A DNA stretch of 64,000 bases from Bacteroidales bacterium. Lineage in GTDB: Bacteria > Bacteroidota > Bacteroidia > Bacteroidales > UBA7960. Numbering within the stretch: the stretch's first letter is position 1; each line of letters opens with the position of its first letter. A program made the position numbers and the translations under genes. The stretch spans positions 3,793 to 67,792 of the forward strand of contig JAWLCS010000007.1 in assembly GCA_041687035.1 (NCBI GenBank), written 5' to 3'. This document shows, one piece after another, positions 39,487-49,252 of this stretch. Below the pieces are notes generated by a model that saw only the letters and a program-made list of their open reading frames with translations, had not been told where the DNA came from and made no database searches.

Positions 39487-41313
39487 ATGAAAAAACTAAT
39501 ATTTACCCTTATCATATTTCTTAGCATTTGGCAGGTGCAAGGGCAAACCGACATTTTCAACTGGAAACTTTCAGCCGGAGCATCTACTTTCAGGTTCGAC
39601 AATGCCTTTGGTTTTCCGGAAGACTTCAAATCAGCCGCTGCCAACCTTCAACTTGAGCGCAGCCTCAACCGCAGCTTCAGCGCAGGGATCAGCCTCTTTG
39701 CCGGAAAGCCCGCTGGTGGCGATCTGAAAAAGGCAGGCTATGCCGCCCTTACGCTGGGCTTTCGTTGGGACAATGGCTGGCTGCTGGGCGAACGGGTCTT
39801 CCTTGCGCCTTTTCATAGCATCGAAGCCGGATACCTGGCCGGAGAAACCCGCAGCGACGCTTCTGACACCCACGAGTTTGCCGCCGGCATGACCCACGGG
39901 CTAAAATTCAGACTAAGCGACCGAATCTCGGCCAGAATCGCCACGGGTCTGTATTACCCCATTAACGACAGCCAGGGTAGCAAACTTTCCGACCTGAATT
40001 TTTACCAGCAATGGCAGCTGGGCCTCTCCTACCATTTTGGAGCAAGGAAAATAAATTACCGCGGACCGGTGTTTAATGCAGGAGATTTTATTTCGGCACG
40101 GCCGGCTTCGCAAGCCACAGATCAACTGCAACCTTTCGACGAATTGGAGGGCATTCCCCAGCCCATTATCCGCCCCAGGGTGGTTGAAGAAGAAAAGATA
40201 CTACTGCGCAGACCTGTTACCCAGCCCGAAGAAAACCGCATCGACATTTCGCTGAGCGATACCCTAATTCAGATCAGGGTGCGGGAAGGCGAAGCGGTAA
40301 CCATCAACATTGCGCACCAAATGCTGCGGGAAAAGCGCATTATAGAAACTGAAAAACGGATGGTAATAGACACAAAAGAAGCCGAAGAAGTCACTGAAGT
40401 AGAGGCCGAAGAGAAATCTGAAACCGCTGCTCCTGAAAGCCCCTCAGAGCCAGTTGAAAGTGTAAAAACTGAAACCATTGAAAAAGAGATCGAGATTGTG
40501 CGCGGGGAGGTAATTACTGAAACCAAACAAGCCGCAGTCTTAGAAACTGAAATTATTACAGAGGAAGTTTCTGAAAAAGAAACGGAAACAAAAAGCGAAA
40601 CCGAAGCAGAGCCATTAACAACTGAAAACCAGGTTGAATCAGAGGAAAAGGAGGAAGTGGTTGAAGAGGAAGAAGAGATTGAAGAAACAAAAGAGATTAA
40701 AGAAGCCGAAGAAGGTCAGCCCATAATTCAGCAAACTGAGACTGTAACGGAGGAAGTGTTTCCTGAAACAAAAATTGAAAAGCCGCTTGAGGTTGCAAAA
40801 GAAAAACAGGAAAAAACCTCGGCCGTGAAAGTTTCTGTTCCAATAACCAAACAGGAGCCCATGGAAGAAATGGCTGTTGAAGAAACCTTAGAACCTAAAG
40901 TGGCAGCAACTGAAACAGCTGCAATCGTTCCGGACACCGTTCGTGTGCAGGTACCCGACACGCTGATGGCCCGTTATCCGATGATTCTTACCTTCCCCTT
41001 TAACAGCGCTGCATTGCAGGAGTCGCATCAGGAAAAACTGGAACAAGTGGCGGCTGACCTCGAGGCTTATCCACTGCTCTTGTGCAAAATTTCGGGCTAT
41101 GCCGACAAAAGCGGCGATCCGATTTACAACATGATCTTGTCGGGAAGGCGTGCAGAAGCCGTCCTTAATTTTCTCATGGACTGTGGGATCGACCCTGTCC
41201 GCTTGAACGCAGAAGCCCTGGGCGATCAATTCTCTTCCGAGGAATTCAGCGAAGAAGAGCGCCGGGTAGAAATTCGCCTGATGTCCGCCCCGGAGCCCAC
41301 TGAGGAGCCCTGA
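39487..41313 (+). CDS. OmpA family protein: N-terminal barrel-like domain, long acidic linker, C-terminal OmpA-like peptidoglycan-binding domain
   Basis: A signal peptide, then beta-strand-like residues 20-185. Residues 297-478 are Glu/Thr-rich. The C-terminal FPFNSAAL...GYADKSGDPIYNMILSGRRAEAV is the OmpA_C signature. Confidence 0.8.
   Translation: MKKLIFTLIIFLSIWQVQGQTDIFNWKLSAGASTFRFDNAFGFPEDFKSAAANLQLERSLNRSFSAGISLFAGKPAGGDLKKAGYAALTLGFRWDNGWLLGERVFLAPFHSIEAGYLAGETRSDASDTHEFAAGMTHGLKFRLSDRISARIATGLYYPINDSQGSKLSDLNFYQQWQLGLSYHFGARKINYRGPVFNAGDFISARPASQATDQLQPFDELEGIPQPIIRPRVVEEEKILLRRPVTQPEENRIDISLSDTLIQIRVREGEAVTINIAHQMLREKRIIETEKRMVIDTKEAEEVTEVEAEEKSETAAPESPSEPVESVKTETIEKEIEIVRGEVITETKQAAVLETEIITEEVSEKETETKSETEAEPLTTENQVESEEKEEVVEEEEEIEETKEIKEAEEGQPIIQQTETVTEEVFPETKIEKPLEVAKEKQEKTSAVKVSVPITKQEPMEEMAVEETLEPKVAATETAAIVPDTVRVQVPDTLMARYPMILTFPFNSAALQESHQEKLEQVAADLEAYPLLLCKISGYADKSGDPIYNMILSGRRAEAVLNFLMDCGIDPVRLNAEALGDQFSSEEFSEEERRVEIRLMSAPEPTEEP
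40375..40920 (+). repeat. low-complexity GAA/ACT-rich coding repeat (Glu/Thr/Val/Ile-rich linker of the OmpA protein)
   Basis: Degenerate reiterations of ETE, EEV and TEE units are visible in the translation. Confidence 0.7.
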
Positions 41314-41317
41314 GCCC

Positions 41318-42439
41318 TTATGCTTTCCACGAAGGCTTCAGGAAGAAACCGGAGAATAGCGAAGCGGATACATAAAATGGATACACCAGCGAGAGGGCCG
41401 GATACAGCCACATCAATTCTCGCTTTCGCAGGAAGCCTGAAACACTGTACATGATCGGGAAATCGATCACAGCCTTAAAAATCAGTACCAAAAGAGCGGT
41501 CATCAAAATTTGCCCTGAAAAAAGCAGCCCCCAAATAATTCCGGCGGTCAGCAGCAGGTTTAATGCGGCCACCACCAAACCCGTGGCCAGGGTAAATGCA
41601 TCGCGGTAGCCTCCGGCCTTTCCGGCCCAGCGGCCACGCTGCCGAAAAAATTCCTTCAGGCTTGATGACGCACGTGTATAGACCAGTCCGCCGTGGCTTT
41701 TCAGAAAGGAAATCCGGGCCCCTTGCATTTTCTTGAATTTGTGCAGTAAAAACACATCATCGCCCGAAGCATAATCTTCATTTCCCTCATACCCTCCCAC
41801 TTTTTCAAAATAGTCCTTGCGGAAAGCCAGATTGGCGCCATTGCACATAATGGGCTTTCCAATGGCAGAGGCACCAGCAGTAGTGCACATAAGGCTCATA
41901 AACTCCAGCGCCTGCATTTGCGAAAACAACGACTTTGCCGGAGCCACAGCTACCTGCCCAATTACCATATCAGGCTGCTGCTGCTCAATAAAACCTGCAA
42001 GGCTCTCAAGCCAGTGCCGGCCCATAATACAGTCGGCATCAACAGTAATAATCCATCGATTTGCGGCATTTTTTATTCCAAGCGAAAGGGCATTCTTCTT
42101 CCCTGCCTTTCCGTTTAGCTGATCGGCTTTGAGCAAACGTACATTTGTTAAAAAACCTGAGGCAATTTTTCGCTCCACGATGGAGGCGGTGGCATCAGAC
42201 GAATGGTCATCAACCACGATCACTTCATATTGTGCTTTCGGATATTGCTGGTTGCGCAGCAAAATAAGCAGCTGCATGATATGCATTGCTTCGTTGCGGG
42301 CAGGAATTATCACCGAAAAGGAAACCGCCTGATGCTCCTTGTGCCAAAATGCAGGCAGGCTCAACCAACCATAGGTGAACCATGCAATCAGCGCGGCATA
42401 AAGGAGTGCAAACACAGCAAAAAAAAGGGCAGCAGTCAT
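41318..42439 (-). CDS. family 2 glycosyltransferase with flanking TM segments
   Basis: VIIPARNE, VIVVDDHSSD, TVDADC, and the FRQRGRW (QxxRW-like) motif. There is an N-terminal TM helix and C-terminal TM helices. Confidence 0.8.
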   Translation of the reverse strand: MTAALFFAVFALLYAALIAWFTYGWLSLPAFWHKEHQAVSFSVIIPARNEAMHIMQLLILLRNQQYPKAQYEVIVVDDHSSDATASIVERKIASGFLTNVRLLKADQLNGKAGKKNALSLGIKNAANRWIITVDADCIMGRHWLESLAGFIEQQQPDMVIGQVAVAPAKSLFSQMQALEFMSLMCTTAGASAIGKPIMCNGANLAFRKDYFEKVGGYEGNEDYASGDDVFLLHKFKKMQGARISFLKSHGGLVYTRASSSLKEFFRQRGRWAGKAGGYRDAFTLATGLVVAALNLLLTAGIIWGLLFSGQILMTALLVLIFKAVIDFPIMYSVSGFLRKRELMWLYPALSLVYPFYVSASLFSGFFLKPSWKA

Positions 42440-43467
42440 GATACCTTATATGGGATTTTAAGTTTTCCGCTGAGCGAAAGAAATGCTCCGAGCATCCCCG
42501 GAAGGGCAAGGTTGACAAACCATAGCAGCAGTGTAGCCGATACAATAGTGAGTTCTGTTGCAGGAATGCCCGCAAGCTTATCGCCAAGATATAGATTGAA
42601 AACAAAGAGTGCCACTGAACCGCGTATGCCGGCCTCTGCCAGACCAGATACCGGTATCCCCACCATGATCAGGTAAATTATGCTCAGCACCATAAAGGTA
42701 TCGTAAAACATTAGGTGCATACCAAACAAACTTAACAGCAAATGAAACTGAGTGATGAAAACGGCATAGCGCAGCGCACTGAGCGAAAACAACACCGCCA
42801 TTTCCTTTTTGGTCAGGGTCATAACCACTTGAATAATCTTAAGTCGTTTTGGGAACCAGCTTTTTTGCTGCAGCCAGCCCAGCAAGCTTTTTGCGTAAAC
42901 CACCAGCAAAACGGCCAGCAGCAAAGCCAATCCCGAATAAAGCAGCAGCTGGCCTTCGCGCGAAGGATTTACCTGGCCGGCTTTCCCAAGCAAGGCCAAA
43001 GCAACACCCACATGGCCGAACAACAATGTAATCAGAAACTGTGTAAAACTGCCTGCTGTGTTTATTACCATGCCACGCACCTGGTTTTCGGGCTTCAACA
43101 CCACCACCCTTCCGGCAAACTCGCCCGAACGCCGCGGGGTAATCATGCCAAGGCTGATTCCGAATAGCACTCCGGCATAGGCTTGCTTGAGGCTAACCGG
43201 CTCAAAACGCTGCGCCAGCTTTTGCCATTTAAGGGCCTCGAGCAACCAATTGACAGCCGTAAGCGCCAGCACAACAGCAATAATAAGTACCGACACATAT
43301 GACCATGAAACCGATTGCCGCCAATACAGAATCTGATCGGCAGGTATTTTACCCAGTGAAAAAATAATGTAGCCCAGGGCTGCAAGCGGAACCACATAGC
43401 GGATAACCACCCAAAATATTTTCTGTACTTTTGTTTTGCCCCCGGTGGGGTGGTTGTCTATAAACAT
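42436..43467 (-). CDS. flippase-like / lysylphosphatidylglycerol-synthase-TM-region family membrane protein
   Basis: 343-aa polytopic membrane protein. Its stop overlaps the GT2 start in an ATGA arrangement. Confidence 0.6.
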   Translation of the reverse strand: MFIDNHPTGGKTKVQKIFWVVIRYVVPLAALGYIIFSLGKIPADQILYWRQSVSWSYVSVLIIAVVLALTAVNWLLEALKWQKLAQRFEPVSLKQAYAGVLFGISLGMITPRRSGEFAGRVVVLKPENQVRGMVINTAGSFTQFLITLLFGHVGVALALLGKAGQVNPSREGQLLLYSGLALLLAVLLVVYAKSLLGWLQQKSWFPKRLKIIQVVMTLTKKEMAVLFSLSALRYAVFITQFHLLLSLFGMHLMFYDTFMVLSIIYLIMVGIPVSGLAEAGIRGSVALFVFNLYLGDKLAGIPATELTIVSATLLLWFVNLALPGMLGAFLSLSGKLKIPYKVS

Positions 43468-43475
43468 TTATAAAA

Positions 43476-44036
43476 TTGGATTACGACAGAATAATTTTGG
43501 GCATTGACCCGGGCACCAACAACATGGGTGTTGGAGTAATTGGCATTAAGAAACAAAAAGCCGAGGTCATTGCCATGGATATATTAAAACTTGAAAAACT
43601 TGCTAATCACCCGCTGAAGCTAAAAAAGATCTTCGAAACGGTGTTGCGTAATATTGATCATTTCAAACCCGACGAGCTGGCTATTGAGAGCGCTTTTTTC
43701 GGCAAAAACGTGCAGTCGATGCTTAAACTGGGGCGCGCCCAGGGAGTGGCTATTGCGGCGGCTCTCTATCGCGACATTCCCGTGTTTGAATATTCGCCCC
43801 GCAAGATCAAGCAGTCCATCACCGGCAAGGGAAGCGCCTCAAAAGAACAGGTAGCGGCCATGTTGCAAAATTTGCTTGCCATTGGCGAGTTACCTCAGTA
43901 TCTCGACACCACCGATGCCCTGGCGGTTGCCATGTGTCACTTTTTTCAAAACAAGGACACTTCAGGGGCAGGGAAAACCACCTTTACAGGCTGGAAAGCC
44001 TTCCTGGCAGAAAACCCCGGCCGCATCAGCAAATAG
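43476..44036 (+). CDS. ruvC: crossover junction endodeoxyribonuclease RuvC
   Basis: ILGIDPG, ESAFFGKNVQSMLKLGRAQG and DALAVAMCH. The apparent start is TTG. Confidence 0.88.
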   Translation: MDYDRIILGIDPGTNNMGVGVIGIKKQKAEVIAMDILKLEKLANHPLKLKKIFETVLRNIDHFKPDELAIESAFFGKNVQSMLKLGRAQGVAIAAALYRDIPVFEYSPRKIKQSITGKGSASKEQVAAMLQNLLAIGELPQYLDTTDALAVAMCHFFQNKDTSGAGKTTFTGWKAFLAENPGRISK

Positions 44037-44041
44037 CGCTA

Positions 44042-44434
44042 TTACATGTGGCTGGCCACACGCTCGGCAATCATTTTAAACTCCTCTGGGCTCAACTTCA
44101 GCTTGGGTTTGCGAAAATCAATGTCGTAAATTCCATTGATGGGCACCAGGTGAATGTGCGCGTGCGCTACCTCCAGCCCAATTACCGCCACCCCAATCTT
44201 TTCGCACTGAATGCATTTTTTCAAAGATTTTGCCACCTTTTTGGCAAAAAGAAACAGCCCCTGGTATTCCTCGTCCTCCATATCGAAAATATAATCGGTT
44301 TCCTTTTTGGGAATCACCAGGGTATGACCTTTCGCCAAGGGATTAATGTCCAGAAATGCCAGGTAGTAATCGTCTTCTGCCACTTTATAGCATGGAATCT
44401 CGCCGGCTACAATGCGTGAAAATATACTTGCCAT
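44042..44434 (-). CDS. HIT (histidine triad) family protein
   Basis: FSRIVAGEIP and the triad HAHIHLVP. I set the start at ATG 44434 because the longer ORF runs through the greA terminator. Confidence 0.85.
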   Translation of the reverse strand: MASIFSRIVAGEIPCYKVAEDDYYLAFLDINPLAKGHTLVIPKKETDYIFDMEDEEYQGLFLFAKKVAKSLKKCIQCEKIGVAVIGLEVAHAHIHLVPINGIYDIDFRKPKLKLSPEEFKMIAERVASHM

Positions 44435-44457
44435 ATTCGTTTGGTTTTGTAACAAAC

Positions 44458-44465
44458 CAAAATTA
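44458..44465 (-). promoter_or_regulatory. Bacteroidota-type -7 box (TAATTTTG on the minus strand)
   Basis: Exact TAnnTTTG match 24 nt upstream of the HIT ATG at 44434 and just downstream of the greA terminator. Confidence 0.45.
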
Positions 44466-44467
44466 AT

Positions 44468-44505
44468 AAAAAATGCCGGATGGCTTGTTTGCAAAACCAT
44501 CCGGC
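44468..44505 (-). terminator. rho-independent terminator of greA
   Basis: gccggatgg / ccatccggc 9-bp stem with a 13-nt loop, flanked by A and T runs. Confidence 0.75.
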
Positions 44506-44527
44506 AAAAAAATGAAAAGCAGGGTAT

Positions 44528-45001
44528 CTACCTCGAAATATCCATCACTTCGAATGACAGCACGCCTGCCGGCACCTTAATTTCGACCATATCGCCCACC
44601 GCTTTGCCCAGCAGCCCTCTGGCCACTGGCGAGTTTACCGATATCTTGCCGTTTTTAATATCGGCCTCGTTCTCAGGCACGAGGGTGTACGACATTTCCG
44701 CTTTGTTTTTTAGGTTCTTCAGTTTAACCTTTGAAAGGATAGAAACCTTGCTTTCGTCGATTTGACTCTCGTCAATAACCCGGGCATTGCTCAGCACCCC
44801 TTCCAGCTTGGAAATACGAAGCTCGAGCATGCCCTGCGCGTTTTTGGCCGCATCATACTCGGCATTCTCCGAAAGATCACCTTTTTCGCGGGCCTCGGCA
44901 ATCTGCTGCGAGATGGATGGCCGCTCAACCGACTTTAGTTTTTCAAGCTCATCCCTGAGCTTATCTAATCCTTCTTTGGTAAAATACTTTACTTCGTTCA
45001 T
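44528..45001 (-). CDS. greA: transcription elongation factor GreA
   Basis: An N-terminal coiled coil (FTKEGLDKLRDELEKLK...AREKGDLSENAEYDAAK) and a C-terminal FKBP-like domain. Confidence 0.92.
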   Translation of the reverse strand: MNEVKYFTKEGLDKLRDELEKLKSVERPSISQQIAEAREKGDLSENAEYDAAKNAQGMLELRISKLEGVLSNARVIDESQIDESKVSILSKVKLKNLKNKAEMSYTLVPENEADIKNGKISVNSPVARGLLGKAVGDMVEIKVPAGVLSFEVMDISR

Positions 45002-45407
45002 TTCCTTGGGTATTTGAATTTATTATAATGCTTTTTACATACAACCTGTGTATGATTTTCTTGTTGGGACCTGAAAAATTGGGTTTTAATTACTGCTGAT
45101 TTTTTTCGGTCCCTATGTCAGAAAAGACTGTAAATCTGAGACCGTTTGGCTGTAATCGGGTAAGTCTGTATTCGGTTTTGTGAAAAACTGAAAATCAAAT
45201 GCTACACTTCCATCGCAAGCAACAACCTTATTGCCCAAGCCTGGCGGGCAGGAGAGGGACAGAAGCATTATATGGCTATGCAATGGGTTCACTTCTATTA
45301 ATTAATAAAAAAGCCAAACTACCCGGGCATAAAAAAAAACTGCTGGCAGCCGGATAATAAAAACTGACAACACTCTCATTTTGCCTGTCGTGCAGGGCTT
45401 TTTACAG

Positions 45408-45432
45408 AAAAAACCCCCGGCCGTGGCCAGGG
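45408..45432 (-). terminator. rho-independent terminator
   Basis: On the minus strand, ccctggc-cacg-gccgggg is followed by a T6 run, 60 nt downstream of the gene ending at 45494. Confidence 0.65.
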
Positions 45433-45493
45433 AGAATACTTTGTTTTAAATACAATGCAAATGTAATGAAAAAACCACAATATGCAAAATAAA

Positions 45494-46024
45494 TCAGGAA
45501 TACTTTCGGTTTAGAATTTCCGAAAACACCACAGCAGTCCGAACATCAAAATCAGGCAAATCTGACCTTTCGGCATTTTCTTCAGCCAGTTGGGCGGCGT
45601 GCAGGCGTGCGTCTTCGGCTGCATTCAATCTTATCAGGTCGTCAATGGTCTGCTCCCTGATCTCTGTGGTGAATTTGTATTCTTCGGCTACCGCTTCCTG
45701 ACCGGTGAATTCTTCAAACACTGGTTCAGGCATATCAAGGTAATCATCGTCGAAAGAGGAATATTTTTTTTCCTGCTGTTCATACGAACGTTCGATGGCC
45801 GTTTGGTCACGAACGGGCTGAGGTGCTGGTTCTGGCACTGGCTCGGCCTTTTTTCCAAAAAAATCCTGAAGCATCTCCTCCAGGTCGATGGGCTTGGGAG
45901 CGTTAGTGGGTTCGGGCTGGGAGGCCGGGCGCGGTTTGGCTGGAGAGTCGCCTTTGGGCTTCCTCTTCATGATGCTTATTACCAACCAGGCAATGACCAG
46001 AATGATATAGACAAAATCTTCCAT
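45494..46024 (-). CDS. hypothetical membrane-anchored Pro/Glu-rich protein
   Basis: One N-terminal TM helix (YIILVIAWLVISI), a proline-rich acidic middle and a C-terminal FDVRTAVVFSEILNRKY. Confidence 0.55.
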   Translation of the reverse strand: MEDFVYIILVIAWLVISIMKRKPKGDSPAKPRPASQPEPTNAPKPIDLEEMLQDFFGKKAEPVPEPAPQPVRDQTAIERSYEQQEKKYSSFDDDYLDMPEPVFEEFTGQEAVAEEYKFTTEIREQTIDDLIRLNAAEDARLHAAQLAEENAERSDLPDFDVRTAVVFSEILNRKYS

Positions 46025-46041
46025 AATCGGGGTATTTCGGT

Positions 46042-46323
46042 TTAGCGCCTTCTGTTTTTAAACCAGCGCTTGTAAAATGGGTCTCTTCTTTTTGGCTTCA
46101 GCCACTGCTCGCTCTTTTTGCGGTTTTGCTTCATGCGTTCCTGCGTATCTGCCGTTTGAAGGTTCATATGCCGGTCAAGGCCAGCCTCGTACACCTGCTG
46201 GGCTTCACGCTCCTGGTCTTTTTTTATCTTCTCGGCCTTGCGCTCTGCCTTGATCGCCTGACGGTTCGACTGGCACCCCAACAAAGGAACAAACAAAATG
46301 AATAAAAAAAGCAAAAACCTCAT
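46042..46323 (-). CDS. small basic lipoprotein, function unknown
   Basis: Signal peptide with lipobox PLLGC, followed by Lys/Arg/Glu-rich sequence. Confidence 0.5.
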   Translation of the reverse strand: MRFLLFLFILFVPLLGCQSNRQAIKAERKAEKIKKDQEREAQQVYEAGLDRHMNLQTADTQERMKQNRKKSEQWLKPKRRDPFYKRWFKNRRR

Positions 46324-46511
46324 AATAGAAAAAATTACTGATTTTCAATTTCTTAACGAAATCAGCAAAAGCATTATTATAGCAAAAATACCATTTTATT
46401 ACTAATTTTATGTCCGAAAAAACAAACTTCGGCGTTTTCCGATGACATGTTGCACGCAGAATTATTTATTTCAGAAATTTTTTTGCTGCTTTTTAATCCC
46501 TTTTCGAAAAA

Positions 46512-46940
46512 GTGAAGCAAGCAATCATTCTTATATTATTCATTGGCCTGTTTCTTTTCCTGCCTTTATCCTGCGGAAAAGATAACCAACATCCGGTTCC
46601 AACCTATCCGGTGGAATTTACCATAAATATCGAATCGACCCAATATATTGAGCTGAACGGCATCGGCGGCTGGGCTTATTTTTCAGGCGGATACCGGGGA
46701 ATTGTCGTTTATCGCTGGTCAGTTGACGAGTTTAAAGCCTTCGACCGGGCTTGCCCTCACCACCCCTTTGAAGCCTGCGCGCGAATTGTTGTGGAAGACC
46801 CGCCTATTGCAAAATGCGAATGCTGTGAGTCGCTGTACCTGCTAATTGATGGTTCCGTAATAGAAGGACCCTCGAAATACCCCCTGAAGCAATACCGTAC
46901 CTATTTCCAGTACCCCTATCTCCAGATTACAAACTGGTAA
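46512..46940 (+). CDS. lipoprotein with a Rieske-like CxH...CxxC domain
   Basis: GTG start and lipobox PLSC. Contains ACPHH-x18-CECC and a following GSVIEGPSKYPLKQY segment, resembling a Rieske ferredoxin fold. Confidence 0.55.
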   Translation: MKQAIILILFIGLFLFLPLSCGKDNQHPVPTYPVEFTINIESTQYIELNGIGGWAYFSGGYRGIVVYRWSVDEFKAFDRACPHHPFEACARIVVEDPPIAKCECCESLYLLIDGSVIEGPSKYPLKQYRTYFQYPYLQITNW

Positions 46941-46985
46941 TAAAGAAAAAGCCGGAAAAAATTCCGGCCTCTTCCTTTTTTCTTA
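46940..46985. terminator. bidirectional rho-independent terminator
   Basis: gccggaa-aaaa-ttccggc (46951..46968) is flanked by A-rich and T-rich runs, between convergent genes. Confidence 0.7.
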
Positions 46986-46995
46986 TTCAATTGGC

Positions 46996-48417
<1,422 letters not shown>

Positions 48418-48445
48418 TTATTTTTTACCTTTGATTTTTGTTTTG

Positions 48446-48453
48446 CAAAGATA
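48446..48453 (-). promoter_or_regulatory. Bacteroidota-type -7 box (TATCTTTG on the minus strand)
   Basis: Exact TAnnTTTG match 29 nt upstream of the ahcY ATG at 48417. Confidence 0.45.
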
Positions 48454-48587
48454 ATACTTTCCCCCTGAGGGGAAATATATTATGAAGTATTAGAAGGAAC
48501 AATCCTAATAGCCGAAAGGTTTAGTTGCAAAAGGTTCCGGAAATACTTTTTTTGTTGTTGTGCATTTTCCTATACAAGCCAAGCGGT

Positions 48588-49226
48588 ATGAGCCTGTTCC
48601 TTAAAAAAAAGCTAGCCAATGCGGCCATGGGGGTCTGGGAAATCAACGAGACGGTGGAAGAGCTCTGGAAGACGGTGAACCTTACCGAGCAGGAACTAAA
48701 ATATTATTCCTATTTACGCTCCGATACCCGTCGTCAGCACTGGCTAAGCTACCGCCTTATTCTTCCTCACCTTATTCGGCCCGGGGAACTGACCGGCATA
48801 GAGTATGATGAATATGGCAAGCCGCATCTAAACAATGGCATTAGGCATATTTCCGTGACCCATTCAGGCAAGTTCTCGGCCCTGATTGCCAGCACCAATA
48901 AAAGTGTGGGCATCGACATTGAGCAGATGAGCCCCAAAATTTTTAAAGTGGCCCATAAGTTTCTGAACGACTGCGAACTGCGCATTGTTTTTTCAGCGCA
49001 TGCCATGGAAGGACTGTTTGTAATTTGGGCCGCCAAGGAAGCCCTTTTCAAGCTCCACGGCCGGCGCGATTTGCAGTTTCGCGAACATATTCGTATCTTC
49101 CCTTTCGAATTTGAAGGCCAGGGCACCATAAAAGGTGAAATAACCGGCAGCGAGGAGACAAAAACCTATGACGTACATTATCAAACCCTTGAAAATTATA
49201 TTCTTGTTTATGCGGTAGATAGCTAA
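48588..49226 (+). CDS. 4'-phosphopantetheinyl transferase (Sfp type)
   Basis: VGIDIEQM and WAAKEALFKL motifs. I chose the ATG at 48588; the ORF track starts at 48525. Confidence 0.78.
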   Translation: MSLFLKKKLANAAMGVWEINETVEELWKTVNLTEQELKYYSYLRSDTRRQHWLSYRLILPHLIRPGELTGIEYDEYGKPHLNNGIRHISVTHSGKFSALIASTNKSVGIDIEQMSPKIFKVAHKFLNDCELRIVFSAHAMEGLFVIWAAKEALFKLHGRRDLQFREHIRIFPFEFEGQGTIKGEITGSEETKTYDVHYQTLENYILVYAVDS

Positions 49227-49252
49227 CCGACCGCCTTTTCTTACAATAGGTC

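Noticed and set aside
40375-40920. A repetitive GAA-rich tract considered as a CRISPR-like or tandem-repeat element.
   Set aside because: The units are degenerate, have no fixed repeat-spacer periodicity, and are in frame within the OmpA-family ORF. It is a coding low-complexity linker.
45200-45370. A 56-codon ORF (MLHFHRKQQPYCPSLAGRRG...) inside the greA upstream gap.
   Set aside because: There is no ribosome-binding or promoter context, the composition is odd, it resembles nothing I recognise, and it points away from any operon logic.
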